From Trichoplax sp. H2 (Eukaryota), in the NCBI GenBank assembly GCA_003344405.1, contig NOWV01000025.1, positions 620,001-684,000 of the forward strand: DNA of 64,000 nt. Reading direction: 5' to 3'. The translations under genes and the position numbers were made by a program. How positions within the stretch are numbered: position 1 is the first letter of the stretch; each line of letters opens with the position of its first letter. Positions 42,893 to 56,455 of this stretch are shown one piece after another. The notes below the pieces were generated by a model. That model saw only the letters and a program-made list of their open reading frames with translations, searched no databases and was not told where the DNA came from.

Positions 42893-45800
42893 CTAATTAC
42901 TGCCACCGTAATGATTATTATTGCAGCTGTCTTCAAAGAACATGAAATCCTGTTTGCAAAAGAAAATCAGGTTATTAATAAACATATTTGTGTCCAAATT
43001 ATAAATGTAAATTAACGGTTTGTATTAAAGCAATGATTTTAGTTCCAAGTATGTTATCGTATTGTAAATTGAGTCAGGAACTACTATACTCCACTAAAAT
43101 GAATGAGTACTAAAGATGAAACTGCATTCATATTTAAAGGTCTTACGGCGCATCAGGGAAGGAAAAGAAAGTTATTTTATAAGAAAAATATATTTAGCGT
43201 GATTAAACGATAATCTTACAATAAGAAAGACAGCTCCCAATAAAGTAGCCTTCGCTTTTACGTCCAGGTCCATTGGAACTAACGTAGATAATTGAAATCC
43301 AAGATAGCAAAGTCAAAATTATGTGATAAATAATCGCTAAAAAGTTACCTATCGTTTCATAAACACGGCATAATATGCGTATATAATTCATAATAATAAT
43401 TAGGAAACAGCCGCTGTAAATTCTATTTTTGATGCAGCTTGTAGCATTTGAGTAATCTGACATACGAGTGTATTTCCATTACATACTACTGTGTTATACA
43501 TGAAAAAATGATCTGCATTGATTTTGGACATGCAGAGTAAGAACTGATATCATGAAATAGTGAGAGTATTTGTTCGATGGATATAAGCAATAGCTAAGAT
43601 AAAATGTAACTGATAGTATTTCTTACAACTAATTCCGAAGTTGTCAGCATCCGTAAATACTTCCTTTGCCAATCCAGACCACTGCTTAGTAATTCTACCA
43701 ACAGATTGACTGCCATCAGCAGAAGTTACCTTAATACGAACATTAATGAAAGCGACGAACTTCATAAATACGTACGATATACTTGTTTAATGACAACAAG
43801 TTACGCTTTCTAGCGAAATTGTTAGCGTTCATATAAAACTATGATGGCTTTTAGTAACCTAAAAACGCAGGACCATGAACATGTTCTAAATAGCTGTTTA
43901 GGAGTAATTTCATGTTACCTACCTCAAAATTAACGTCCTTACAGCAAGAACAAGTCCAGCAAGGTCCCTTGATTTTCAACACTACGTTTTTGTTAGCATC
44001 CATAATATTAAACTCCGGAAAGATTATGGTCCATCTTGAAATATCAACAATAGATTAACTACTTATGTAACAACTGTATATTAACTTTGAATAATTATCT
44101 CCTCCTTACTTTTGCTCAATATAACCGATGGTAGTGCCAGGCGGAGATTGAACCTCCATTTCTTGCAAACAGCACGGAAAGCAGCACTCATCACATCGTA
44201 GAGGACGAACTAAATGAATGATTTCCCGGTTACTGTTGTCTGTAATGCTCATTTCAAATGATCGTATAGGTCCACAGCATTGCAGGTTGAGGCAGTCATT
44301 TTCTATTGCATTAATATGGCAGAAGTAGTTTATTATTTTGAAATTATGAATATAAACTGAAAAATATGATAAATCGAGTCTTTTTTTGTAGCAGATAATT
44401 ACAGTATTTTTACGAGCACAGTTTCGGTCTGTTGAGCATATAATGAGGATCACTTCATCATTCTGCTTTTGCTCGATGCTAAATATACATTACAGTATCA
44501 TTCTCTGTATCAAAGATATACCGTATATCCCTTATTAAATGATACCTACTTTCAGCAGCGAAAAAAACTTGTTGTCCCATGGTATTCTTGACCGTGAATC
44601 TATTCAATGTTTCCCAGTTGGTCATCACTATAAAGATGCAGATGCAGAAGTTATTAGTAAAACGTTATTATATTACAGTTATAGTGGATGAATACCATCG
44701 CTGCAAACTTATACGAGTACTATACTGTACGTATATCATATACTACAGTCTAATAGATTGAACTAATGGGCTGAAATGAAAAATGATCAAAGGATAAATG
44801 GACCCTATTGAAGGTACATAATAAAAAGTATAATTTCATGTATATGCAATTTTCTCATTAATTAATTAGACTTAATTAGTTGATCAACACGTTTTTTTTA
44901 AATTGACAAGCGACACACTTTGCGTGAGAATGCGCGTATGCTATTACTAAAATGTATAATAATTATAATTGAATCCATTTTTGGATAAAAATCCTACAAC
45001 AGGGACTATAATAAAGATTGGAATTGTACTAAAAACTCTTAATGGACAATCGATTGTGGATGGATATTGATAAAACAGTAGTAGCGTACAGGAATTGCAG
45101 ATTAGTAAGGCCACAATGAAGATATTCTAGATAAAAGGAAGAAAGAAGTAACATTTCTAGACGGGGATGAGTAGTGATAGAGTAGCAAAAGTTGATTCTA
45201 TTAGTTCTAAAAGTTATTATGACAGTGATATCCTACTAGACGGCAAATAATACAGTATAATTAATGTAGTAGTATATAAAATAAATTAAATAGATACATC
45301 ATTGTTACTTTCTGCCTGCCAGTAAAATGCCACTAATGATAATACTGTAAAAAGATCGTAAGCGGTTTGCACTTTCAGTAACGTTATAAGGCAACTATTT
45401 CCATCCAGATAGCTAATTTCCACTAAAACTAAGACTAAAACACAATGCTATTGCACGAAAGAGGAGTAATATTTCTATTCCTTTGGTAATTGTTAAGACC
45501 AGAAGACTTGCACGTTTGACAACATGACCCTTTTCATTTTATGAAAAATAGCAATACGCAGCATTGCACACTGTACAGTATGTGATCAATTCATTCACGA
45601 GGTGCTATATCTATCTTGTCAATACTACAGTATTACAAGTTAGCAAGTGGGGGATATTATTAGTTTATTTAACTATAATTGCTCCACTTGCTTTCCCGAT
45701 CTCAGTTGATATCGTATCCCCATATTCAGTAGAAGTAAATGACTTTAGTTCTTGTTATTAATGTCAGTACTGTGCCAAAGATTGTACAACAGTACTTATG

Positions 45801-47383
45801 CAAACTAACAATTCAGTAATAAATGTCAACAGAATCAACAAAATTAGGACAAGGCGGACGTAAATAAATTTCTCTGTGTTTTATACGTACATACAGCACG
45901 ACTATATCACATGGTAACGCATACTGTATATACTCGTCATAATGGTTATATTTATTTAATCAAGCAACAATAATACTAAACAGAAATGTCAATGTCTTTT
46001 CTAGTACAGTCGAACACAAGAGAGAAAAAATAAAAAATAATTAATACGCCGCATCAACGTCTCTGATTTTTCCATGGGCATGGACTATTCAATACAAGTA
46101 GATTTGCCGCTTGTTCTACTTGGCCAACTACGGAATACTGATTGTACTGGTACTTTTTTACTTTTGCATCCCATACAGCCCATTTAATTAATATACTGTA
46201 GATTAGCATCAAACTTATGTATATCTCTGACTTTTCCATGGACAAGGACTATTCAATACGAGTAGATTCGCTGCTTGTTCTACTTGGCGAACTACGGAAT
46301 ACTGATTGTACTTGTACTTATTTACTTTTGCATCGCATAAGTACATTTAATATACTGTAGATTAGTATGAAAGTTACGTATATCTCTGACTTTTCCATGG
46401 ACAGGGACGATTTAATACGAGTAGATTCGCTGCTTGTTCTACTTGGCGAACTACAGTATACTGATTATACTTGCACTTTTTTACTTTTGCATCACATACA
46501 GTACATTTAATATACTGTAGATTAGCATGAAAGTTACGTATATCTCTGACTTTTCCATGGACAAGCACTATTCAAGACGAGTAGATTCGGTGCTTGTTCT
46601 ACTTGGCGAACTACGGAATACGGAGTATACTTTTATTTTTTTACTTGGCATCATATACCGTACATTGACTATAATGTAGATTAGTATGAAATTTATGTAT
46701 CATTTGGGATACTTTGGCACGATCATTCGCATTATGTAGAGTATATTTACTAGACAATTTTCTAAGTTGCGTTGGGTGAGGAGTAGATGATGAGATAGTA
46801 GACAAAAAAAGTGTAAAGAAATGTATTTACTTGTATAATTTAAGAGTAAAGAGAAAAAATAAAAATGCATTGCATCAGCGACATGGACTATTTACTATAA
46901 GAAGTCTAGACAATTTTCGAGGTTGTTTGGGGTGAGGGCATCGTGAGATAGACAGACAAAAAAGTGCAAAGAGATACTTGGAGAATACTATTTTTGTGAG
47001 CTCATTAGAAGGACTATGTGAAATTTGAAATAGGCGTACGTTAGATAGCCTTAGTGTCTTGTTTTTCACTCTTTACCGTGTACTATTGTAGATATTGAAA
47101 ATGTGCTTTACTGTGCAGTTTCAATCTTGTAACTCATTTATTCACGTTTGCCAAGGTTTGGGTTACCTTCAAAAATTTCCACCACTTGATGAATTAATAG
47201 TTGATCGATCTGACTTAGATATTCTAGACCAGGTGGGCAACCAACAGGAATAACAGTCGGTGTTGGCATCCATTGAACTGGTGGCTGGCCTTGGGGTTGG
47301 CTTACTACTGCCGAATTTCCCGGTTGAGCAAATCCAACAGCAACACCTCCTATCGCTTCTGGTTGTCCGCTCTTTTCTTCCAT
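42893..47383 (-). CDS. PLSCR: Phospholipid scramblase paralog B, 7 exons
   Basis: MEEKSGQ...[99 protein letters not shown]. Confidence 0.95.
46055..46700. repeat. Intronic tandem repeat, ~160-bp unit x4 (scramblase B intron 1)
   Basis: TCTCTGA(C/T)TTTTCCATGG..A...GTAGATT...GCTTGTTCTACTTGGC at ~46061, 46223, 46383 and 46542. Confidence 0.92.
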
Positions 47384-47807
47384 TTTCCCAGCAATAGCAC
47401 AACGATTGAATGTTGATCGAATTTCAAACAATGTTGAATATCACAAGCTACCACTTGATATTGATAAAGACTCTTCTTTAGCAGAATAGAGTAATCAATT
47501 CTAGTGCAAGTTGCCAAGCTAAATATCAATTTCTGCGATTGTATTGATCTGCAAAATGTCCAAGTACTATCGTATGTACAACGCTTACCCTGCCTACGGC
47601 AATGAGTGTGGAACAAACCAACAGTGTTAGTGTGGCCCATACTCATTGCCGTGCCCAGTCTAGTGTACGTGACTTGACTCTAATGTACACTATACCGAAC
47701 CAATAGACTGAATAAACAGACATAATTTATACAGTACAGCAGACTATGCACAAGCAGTCTAGTGTAAACAAGAACAAAGCTACAAACGGAGGAGGGCCAT
47801 GCCCAAC

Positions 47808-49270
47808 CACGAAAAGAAACCCATTGGCCTTTCTTGGCCACCCTTGCCTATGGATGTAGCGTTGTCAGGATCTATGTAATGACAAAATTTCCACAATCGT
47901 ACTAATAGGAGCATAGGCATTTATACAACATTTTCGATATTGAAGCTTTTGCTGAGCACGAAAAGTAACCCATTGGCCTTTCTTGGCCACCCTTGCCTAT
48001 GGATGTAGCGTTGTCAGGATCTATGTAATGACAAAATTTCCACAGTCGTACTAATAAGAGCATAGGCGTTTTTCGATATTTAAGCTTTTGCTAAGCACGA
48101 AAAGAAATCCACTGGCCTTTCTTGGCCACCCTTGCCTATGGCTGTAGCGTTGTCAGGATCTTATGTAATGACAAAATTTCCACAGTCGTACTAATAAGAG
48201 CATAGGCATTTACGAAAAGAAACCCATTGGCCTTTCTTGGCCACCCTTGCCTATGGCTGTAGCGTTGTCAGGATCTTATGTAATGACAAAATTTCCACAG
48301 TCGTACTAATAAGAGCATAGGCGTTTTTCGATATTTAAGCTTTTGCTAAGCACGAAAAGAAATCCACTGGCCTTTCTTGGCCACCCTTGCCTATGGCTGT
48401 AGCGTTGTCAGGATCTTATGTAATGACAAAATTTCCACAGTCGTACTAATAAGAGCATAGGCGTTTTTCGATATTTAAGCTTTTGCTAAGCACGAAAAGA
48501 AATCCATTGGTCTTTCTTGGCCACCTTGCGTGTAGCCCTGTCAGGTGCTATAACGACGGAATTTCCACTGTCGTACTAATAAGAGCATAGGCGTTTTTCG
48601 ATATTTAAAGCTTTTGCTAACCACGGAAAGAAACCCACTGGCCTTTCTTGGCCACCCTTGCCTATGGCTGTAGCGTTGTCAGGATCTTATGTAATGACAA
48701 AATTTTTACAGTCGTACTAATAAGAGCATAGGCATTTATACAACATTTTCGATATTTAAGCTTTTGCTAAACACGAAAAAGAAACCCACTGGCCTTTCTT
48801 GGCCACCTTGCGTGTAGCTGCAGCCCTATCAGGTACTATAACGACGGAATTTCCACTGTCGTACTAATAAGAGCGTAGGTGTTTACAACATTTTCGATAT
48901 TTAAGCTTTTGCTAAACACGAAAAAGAAACCCACTGGCCTTTCTTGGCCACCTTGCGTGTAGCTACAGCCCTATCAGGTACTATAACGACGGAATTTCCA
49001 CTGTCGTACTAATAAGAGCATAGGCGTTTCTGGATATTTAAGCTTCTGCTAAACACGAAAAGAAACCCACTGGCCTTTCTTGGCCACCTTGCGTGTAGCA
49101 GCAGCCCTATCAGGTACTATAACGACGGAATTTCCACTGTCGTACTAATAAAAGCATAGGCGATTATTCAACATTTTAAATATTAAAGAAGCCTAATGGC
49201 CTTTCTTGGCCACCCTTGCGTGTAGCGCTGTCAGGTGCTGTAACGATGGAATTTCCACTCTCGTACTAAT
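47808..49270. repeat. Intergenic tandem array, ~115-150-bp unit, about 11 copies, between scramblases C and B
   Basis: Core TGGCCTTTCTTGGCCACC...AATTTCCAC.GTCGTACTAATAAGAGCATAGGC repeated about 11 times, in two subtypes (GGATCTTATGTAATGACAA versus GGTACTATAACGACGG). Confidence 0.95.
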
Positions 49271-49610
49271 TTATTTAATTTCCTTTATATTTCCCATTCA
49301 ATTGGCATCAGGAAGCGTACTTGCACATACTTGTATTCTTTTTTTTATAAATAATTTGCTAATAAAGATAGGCCATGCACTTAAAGACTATCGAAAGACT
49401 ACTACTGTAAGATTGAATGGATAAAAATAATACCTTAAACAACCGGTAAAAGTGGACCGTAAAACCATTTGATAACCAGTATAAAAAAGAATATGGATTA
49501 TGAACAACTAACTTTACGTGCAATACATTCAAGCATATAAAGTCTGCTTAAATACAGTTTATTCCCTAGATTGCTTTCATCTTGCAATATACCAACAGAA
49601 TAGTTTTGCA

Positions 49611-52561
49611 TTAATTATCGTCGCGTCCGCGCTTTCCAAAGTAGATAAAGTCCTGCGGAATACATTATTTATTATTGTTAATATGAGTTGAAAACTCTTC
49701 AGACATAAGCTGCATGATCATAATTCAATAACCAGATATCAATGGTGACGGTTGAAACAAAATACGTATGATATCAATTCAATCGAAGAAAGTAACTTAC
49801 AGTACAGTATATAGCATTACTTTAAATCATGAACGAAAAACTACTTTATCATGGGACACGAATTATCTATTCGTGATATAAAAACTTACAATTAAAAAGA
49901 TCGCTCCTAGTAAGACCGCCTTATTCTTGACTTCAGTACTTTCTGGAACTAACCATACGATTATAACATTTTTGAAGAAGATGATGAGTATTACGTTGAA
50001 TGAAATTAAAAATTATTTCATTGTCTTATAGTCAGTTTAAAATTTATGTTATACATGTTATAGCAAAGTTATCCGCATCGGTTAAAGCTTCCTTTAATAA
50101 GCCCGCCCATTCTTTAGCAATTCTACCAACTTTTTCATCATTTGTATCATGCACCTAAATTACATATTGTAAGATGATTCAGTTTTAAATAGATTTTTGC
50201 TAAACAGCCCATCAATAATAACGGATAAGCGATATGAAACAGGGTTTAGAATTATCCATTATTTTAAAATTTGAGCCTTAAATATAGGATCAAAATTTTT
50301 TCTTATTCAATAAGCAGATATCTTCTTCAATCAATATTATCTACATCAGATACAGTATACTATCTTTTAAGCGTTGAACTGAAAAATCTGCTAAATAAAT
50401 TTAAAATTTTATGCCGTATATTTGTAAGTCTTGATGACAGTCATTTAATAGGTTTCATCATTGCTGATCTAACATATTATAAGCGCGGTAGCAAATAACT
50501 ACTACATTATTGCTGATGCATAATAAAATTTACCAATGACTCATTCATTATTTTGAAAATTCTATCTAGCTATCAGAATAAATCAGATATGTCGTTTGGT
50601 CCTCTTACATAGTTATAATGGAAGAGTATTCTTATAATTAGTAGTCGCTTGAGAGATAGTGTGAGACTAGAGTCGTAAACATGATGTGTACGTTCTACCC
50701 GTGCTAAATTTTACTCAAAATCTTTAGACCTACGTCAAATTCAACATCATTGCCGCATGAACAAGTGATGCATGGTCCTTTCAAGGTAAAAGTAGTTTCG
50801 TCATTTTCATCGGTGACTGTAAAGGAAGGCCAGCATGGCGACCAACTACAAATATAAAATGTAAAATATTTACGTAAATGATTGATGTTAATATGGGTTA
50901 TCATTAGCCATCGGAAATGATTGAGAAAGTTAAGTATACGTAAAGTCGTAAAATATTAGATGTCCTACAGAAATTTCCATCATTCTACGCTTTATGCCTT
51001 AGAATCAAAACACATAAACTAATAGGTTTACGCCGGATAGAATATACTGTACTGCAAAATATTTGTGCACGACGTACTCCATGTTTACTTTGCCAATTCG
51101 ATTGCCGGGAGGTGCTTCTACTGTTAGTTCTTGTAAACAACAACACCAGCAGCAGCAAGAATTGCATCGTAGTGGTCTTGAAAGGTGAATAACTTCCTTT
51201 TTAGTGTTATCGAATATTCTCATTTCGAAAGGGCGTCCCTCACCGCAACATTGCAAATCACAACAATTGATTTCTAACAACGAAGCAACTTGACTTTAGG
51301 AAATTGCAGAAAGCCAGAAAGCATGAATTCAATATTTTCCATTTGTATTTATGGAATTTGATTCTAAATCAGTATATATGTCAGTCTTACCTTCGCTGAC
51401 GTAGTATATTTGCTGTCCTTGTTTATTTCTAACGACGTAGGTATTAGCCGTCTCGATATCGGTCATTACTTTTAATTTGATATAATTAAGACATTAGTAT
51501 TGAAATCTGTTACGATTTTCGAGCTTATGGCTATTATTTTATTTGTTTCAGAATCTTTCATAAACGCCAGTGAAGGGTATTGAAAGTCGCTAAATAGAGT
51601 TAACTTTTTCATTGTATACCTTAAATTAAACAATAAAAATACCAGACTGGATTCTATTGCTATGATTTAAATATGAAAACGGTATTCTTAAGACTGTTTT
51701 ACAATTTGCTATAACTCGCTCTATAGTACGGTAATAAAAGCCATATATCGCAGAAATTGGATTTACTAATCGATTGATAAGCACAGCACGTTAAATTGTT
51801 ACTTTTAAGCTAACGTTAACATATTTGCATTTGAAATAAACTCAAAATTTCATTAATAAAAGCTATTCCTGAACTAGAATAAATTTACGTGCATGCTTAA
51901 ACTTTTTACTGATGCAAAAAATAGAAGCGCGATCTATTAATTAAATCTAGTGAAAGGAAGGGTATAACAAATCATTTATCTCACAGGCTGCTTTGCTATA
52001 CTTATTAAGTAAAATAATTAAATCTCAACTCAGAATTTAGGGATACATTATAATTCTTCCCATGTTGCCCACAGATTAACTCTGCAGACTACCGTAGATA
52101 CAAACATGAATAAGTGTATTATATTTAGCATATTCACTACAAATCTGTAAATCAGAAAATATCTAGTACTGAAAAATGATCTAATCATCTATTGCTCAAA
52201 TATTTAAATACTATCATTTTTGTAGCTACGATATCAAAAATATATTAGACATCGTACTCTTACGATTTGGAGGTAAATTTTCAGAATGATATAGGGATGA
52301 TAATGTTAATGGTAATAACACTAGGCTAGATGTAAGCTTACACTGAAAGACTCCGACGTCTTCTCGAATCAGTAAAGTATCAATTTGAGCGAGATATTCC
52401 AATCCAGGTGGACATTCTACAGCACTGTCTGGAGATGGTGCCCAGTTAATGCTTGGCTTATCCTCATTTGGCTGTTGTTGAATTAATTTTGCAGATGGAT
52501 CATCAGATGGAGTTGTTCCGTAAGTAGGCTGAGAAGCTGAATCGACTGGTTGTTGGCTCAT
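49611..52561 (-). CDS. PLSCR: Phospholipid scramblase paralog C (diverged), 7 exons
   Basis: [96 protein letters not shown]. Confidence 0.93.
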
Positions 52562-55330
52562 AATCTTAGCAAAGCGTTGGTAATGTCGCGAAAGAAAAAA
52601 ATAACGATCAATGATATTTTGGCCAATTATCTGATATTATAATTGATGATGGATTTTATTATATCTACATGAAAATTCATTTCATTTGCTCACCTTCTGT
52701 AAATATTTTAAATGGCGTCAAAATAAAATGCTTGAGAGTAGAATAATTAGCGATGATATTTTGCTAGGGAAAAATTTTCTAGTGTATACTAAATGAAAGC
52801 TTTACTAACGGTATATTTACTCAATAATATGATTAATTCTTATAAATATCTATGCACCTTCAAGTAAATCTTATATAAGATTGTGCTTTCGTGTTAAAGC
52901 TATGCATTCAAGGAATAAAATTATCAAATCTTCAAGTTGTTAAGTGTGCTACGATACTACACTATAGGCGGCATTGATATCTAGCGATGAGTCATTATCA
53001 AATAATCAATATGCTCTTAAACCAATTATGAAGCAATTGAACGCCTACTGGTTCTATTTGACTGAGATCACTATTTAAAGTAATGGTGTTCAATAAAATA
53101 TGGTTGCATAATAATTGGTAAATTACCGTACTCCATTTTTTAAACTTGTAAAAGTACTAGTATAACATTAAGACAGTTACTTTATTGCAGTACGTCAAGA
53201 CTCTAAACTTGAAAGTTTATTGTCTAACAACAAATTTTGGTAGAGAAGCAAGGTAGCATAAAATAATTAACGAAGCTTAGTCTTAACTAGTGAGTCCTGA
53301 AATATAGGTAGAGATCTAAATCTTGATAACTTTTAACTCCAATGTCTCAAATCAACATGCAGCATTCCTCAATTATAATTAAACCTAGAAGTAATATTTT
53401 AGAAAATGATTTACAATTAGTGGTATCTACTTGATTCGCAGATAATAAATTATCTTAAAATTGATTTCGCAGTTCTAAACCTATCATGGTGATTTAAGAT
53501 ATGGACAAGTGTGTATACTTGAGCTCTTTTACATCATCCAGCATCATTTTAAATACCAATTGATAGCTATATCTAGTAGTACATTCTATTAAGCAGTATT
53601 TATTAGCGATCTCCTCAAATGACAGTAACAATACAAGCCCTGATGTAATAAGAGTAGCAACTATCTATGATAATACTGCATTTGATAATAGATGATATAG
53701 AGATATCGTTAATCATTGACCATAATTTTAAGCTGTATAATTATTAAGTTATCTGTAATAGCTGAAAAGTTCCGATAAGGTTATACAGATGTCCTGGGGC
53801 GTATTATTTAATTTATTCGATAAATTTGGTCTAAGAAGGTTTTACTCATTCAGAGTTTACTAGCTTGTTATCTCCAGTAGAGAAATTATATGGATGATGA
53901 AAACTGGTGGTCATGATTTGTCATGGAAGTTTGACGACTTAGCTTTATCTATTGCAAGCTTTCGGTAGCTAATGTTACTTCAACTGCGCTAGTATGTGCC
54001 ATTTAGTTTGCCACAAATTGGCGACTTGGATCCTACCTGGATACAGTTTTCGTGAATGGATCACTGCTTGTACTATTATCTTGAATGTTTACTTTCTAAT
54101 GATCTGATCTTATTTTGGGAAAATCGTCTGCACAACTCGGGTAGCTCACAATATCAACGGAGTTTAAATTAGTGCAAAATGTAATCCTGTATGGTGCTCC
54201 TATGAAGGCCTGCCTGGTCGGTTTAACGCAGAGGATGTATCTAAATATAAGGGAATTGGATATAATTATAGTATCGTACTCGTTGCAAATGTAGTTAGTA
54301 GTTTTCTACCCAGTTTAGGCTTCCAATTTTGTATGTAAAGTGGGGGTAGCAAAGCAAATACTGTACAGTATTTACAGAACAGTGCATCATTTATTCTTAA
54401 ATATTTAAAGAAAAGAAAGACTCGACTCCAATATGCTAACGAGTCCTATTCGAGAGTATATTAGTAGAATTGTTACCGTCCGTTTATACAGGTTACTTAT
54501 CAAGAGAATTGTAATTTGAAAGCATATTATTGGCATGTAATCACTCCAAATCAGTTCAATATCAGTTCAATGATTGTACACGTACAGTATTAAATAGTAG
54601 ATGCTACCACAACAAGTTTTGTGAGAATAAGCAGAGCATTCAATGCGTTCGGGTGGAACTAAAGAAGTGGGGCAATTGTAATCGCTTAATAACAACGAGC
54701 TTTCAACCGTTGCTTTTAAGATGATTAAGTTCAACAGTCAAATCCAGTTTCAGAAATGAATGAATCTTGGTTCAGACCTTATTACAGGTGCAATAATTGT
54801 AGAACAAACATGATTATGCATAATTTAGGTATAACTTTAGTTATGGCGTTCAGCATGACAACTTATTTCAACGACTACAGTTAAATGTGACCAGTATTGA
54901 TAGAGATACAAACTATTAAAAGATGTTAATGCACATTTCTTCCAATTTTTACGGTAAAGTTTACAAGTACTTAGAAGTAATAATAAAGAATTAACCAGAT
55001 TGAGGATTGTACTTCATTTCAAATTTACGGTATTTGCCTGACGACACAAATAAGGTGTCTGAGCAGCAAATTTTGACTGACGTTGCAATGATAGCCGTAT
55101 GAAGATTAATAAGGAAGTAGAGTAATGTTATTGGATTTGTATTTATAGTGTCCATTCACTCCTCAGTATTCCATGATGTTAAAGCAACTATGGATTAGAG
55201 CTTGGATGCACTGGGGGATAAAGAACACTTTGAAATTATGTTATAGAGATCTCTGTATGATGAACCTTTCGTGTTTTAAGATACTGACATCCTACAGAAC
55301 TTCTTCTACAGGTTGCTTCCATCGTCACGA

Positions 55331-55666
55331 TTATTCATTTGATGATTCAGCATTATAGTGTATCGCCAACCAAACCACAGGTGGTTGCGTTGAAGTATAA
55401 GTAACCCAGTGCAGAGTATGTTTAGGAATGTTAAGGATATCTCCTTTGGTTAAGACAATTTCGTCTTGATCTTTGAGCTTTAATTTAGCTTGGCCCTGTA
55501 GTACCATCACTAATTCATCGCGATCTTGGTCATAGGGTTCATCAACAGGCGTGATTTGTCCGTAAGAAACAATTCTTTCAACCATCGCATCTTTCGCTTG
55601 CATTATCGTTTGCAAGATTTCTTCCGATGAATTGTCAGGATAGTCGAACAAATTTTGCAGTGCCAT
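55331..55666 (-). CDS. Intronless single-domain cupin (RmlC-like/Cupin_2), bacterial-type, 111 aa
   Basis: Complete ORF with NLF...EE......VERIVSYG...P....YDQ..DE.V.VLQG.A.L...LTKGD.LNIPKH..HWV..T...VWLAIHY. This recalls a small bacterial cupin family (IERIVS.G...WYDQ...EWV..L.G...GD...IPAH..HRV.WT...WLAV.Y). Recognised from memory, not from a search. Confidence 0.85.
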   Translation of the reverse strand: MALQNLFDYPDNSSEEILQTIMQAKDAMVERIVSYGQITPVDEPYDQDRDELVMVLQGQAKLKLKDQDEIVLTKGDILNIPKHTLHWVTYTSTQPPVVWLAIHYNAESSNE

Positions 55667-56029
55667 CGATTCTCTTCGTAGTTCAGATACGTAACAGAGT
55701 TGACTTAACTTGCCAATAGTGAATATTAAAGCGTCGATTGTGCAGTGTTTCGATTGGAGATTTAACCCAGCAGCAGCCTACTTTGTATGCGTTCACTTTC
55801 AAGTGGCCTAAAGGTTGCCAAATCAACGTCAGAAGTGAGCTAATTTTCAAGCTGCTGCAGCGAACTTTATCATCAGCTACGACGAGGATGACGGACAGCT
55901 ACCAGACATCTGCAGTACAGTACTTTACCTGAACTGTACAGTAAAAACGTAGAGTAATATACTGTAGCGTACAGTATTGTACAGTACTGTACTGTACTCA
56001 TATGAGAAAGGTTTGGAGCTTGCGCCGTG

Positions 56030-56455
56030 CCATTGCATCGGCTATTGCATTTAGTTAGCAAATATATTTGTTCTACTGTCTGCAACAGTATTTGAAGGTA
56101 ACTTTCGTTACAGAGCTTAACAGTACAGTACAGTACTGTACTGTAAATCCCTGGTACTACAAGGCTATACAGTATAAGCAAAAAAGCTTACGTGGAATGT
56201 TTCTAAGCATGCAATGGTGCAAGGCTATTGCATTTAGCAAGCAAATATATTTGTTCTACTGTCTGCAACAGTATTTGAAGGTAACTTTCGTTATTACAGA
56301 GCTTAACATTACTGTACTGTACTGTAAATCCCTGGTACTACAAGGCTATATAAGCAAAAAAGCTTACGTGGAATGTTTCTAAGCATGCAATGGTGCAAGG
56401 CTATTGCATTTAGCAAGCAAATATATTTGTTCTAATGTCTGCAACAGTATTTTAA
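56030..56455. repeat. Tandem repeat, ~180-bp unit x~2.4, upstream of the cupin
   Basis: GCTATTGCATTTAG..AGCAAATATATTTGTTCTA.TGTCTGCAACAGTATTT at ~56041, 56224 and 56400. Confidence 0.88.

Noticed and set aside
47808..49270. CRISPR-like appearance of regularly spaced conserved cores
   Set aside because: The intervening sequences are themselves repeated rather than unique spacers, there are no cas genes, and the context is eukaryotic.
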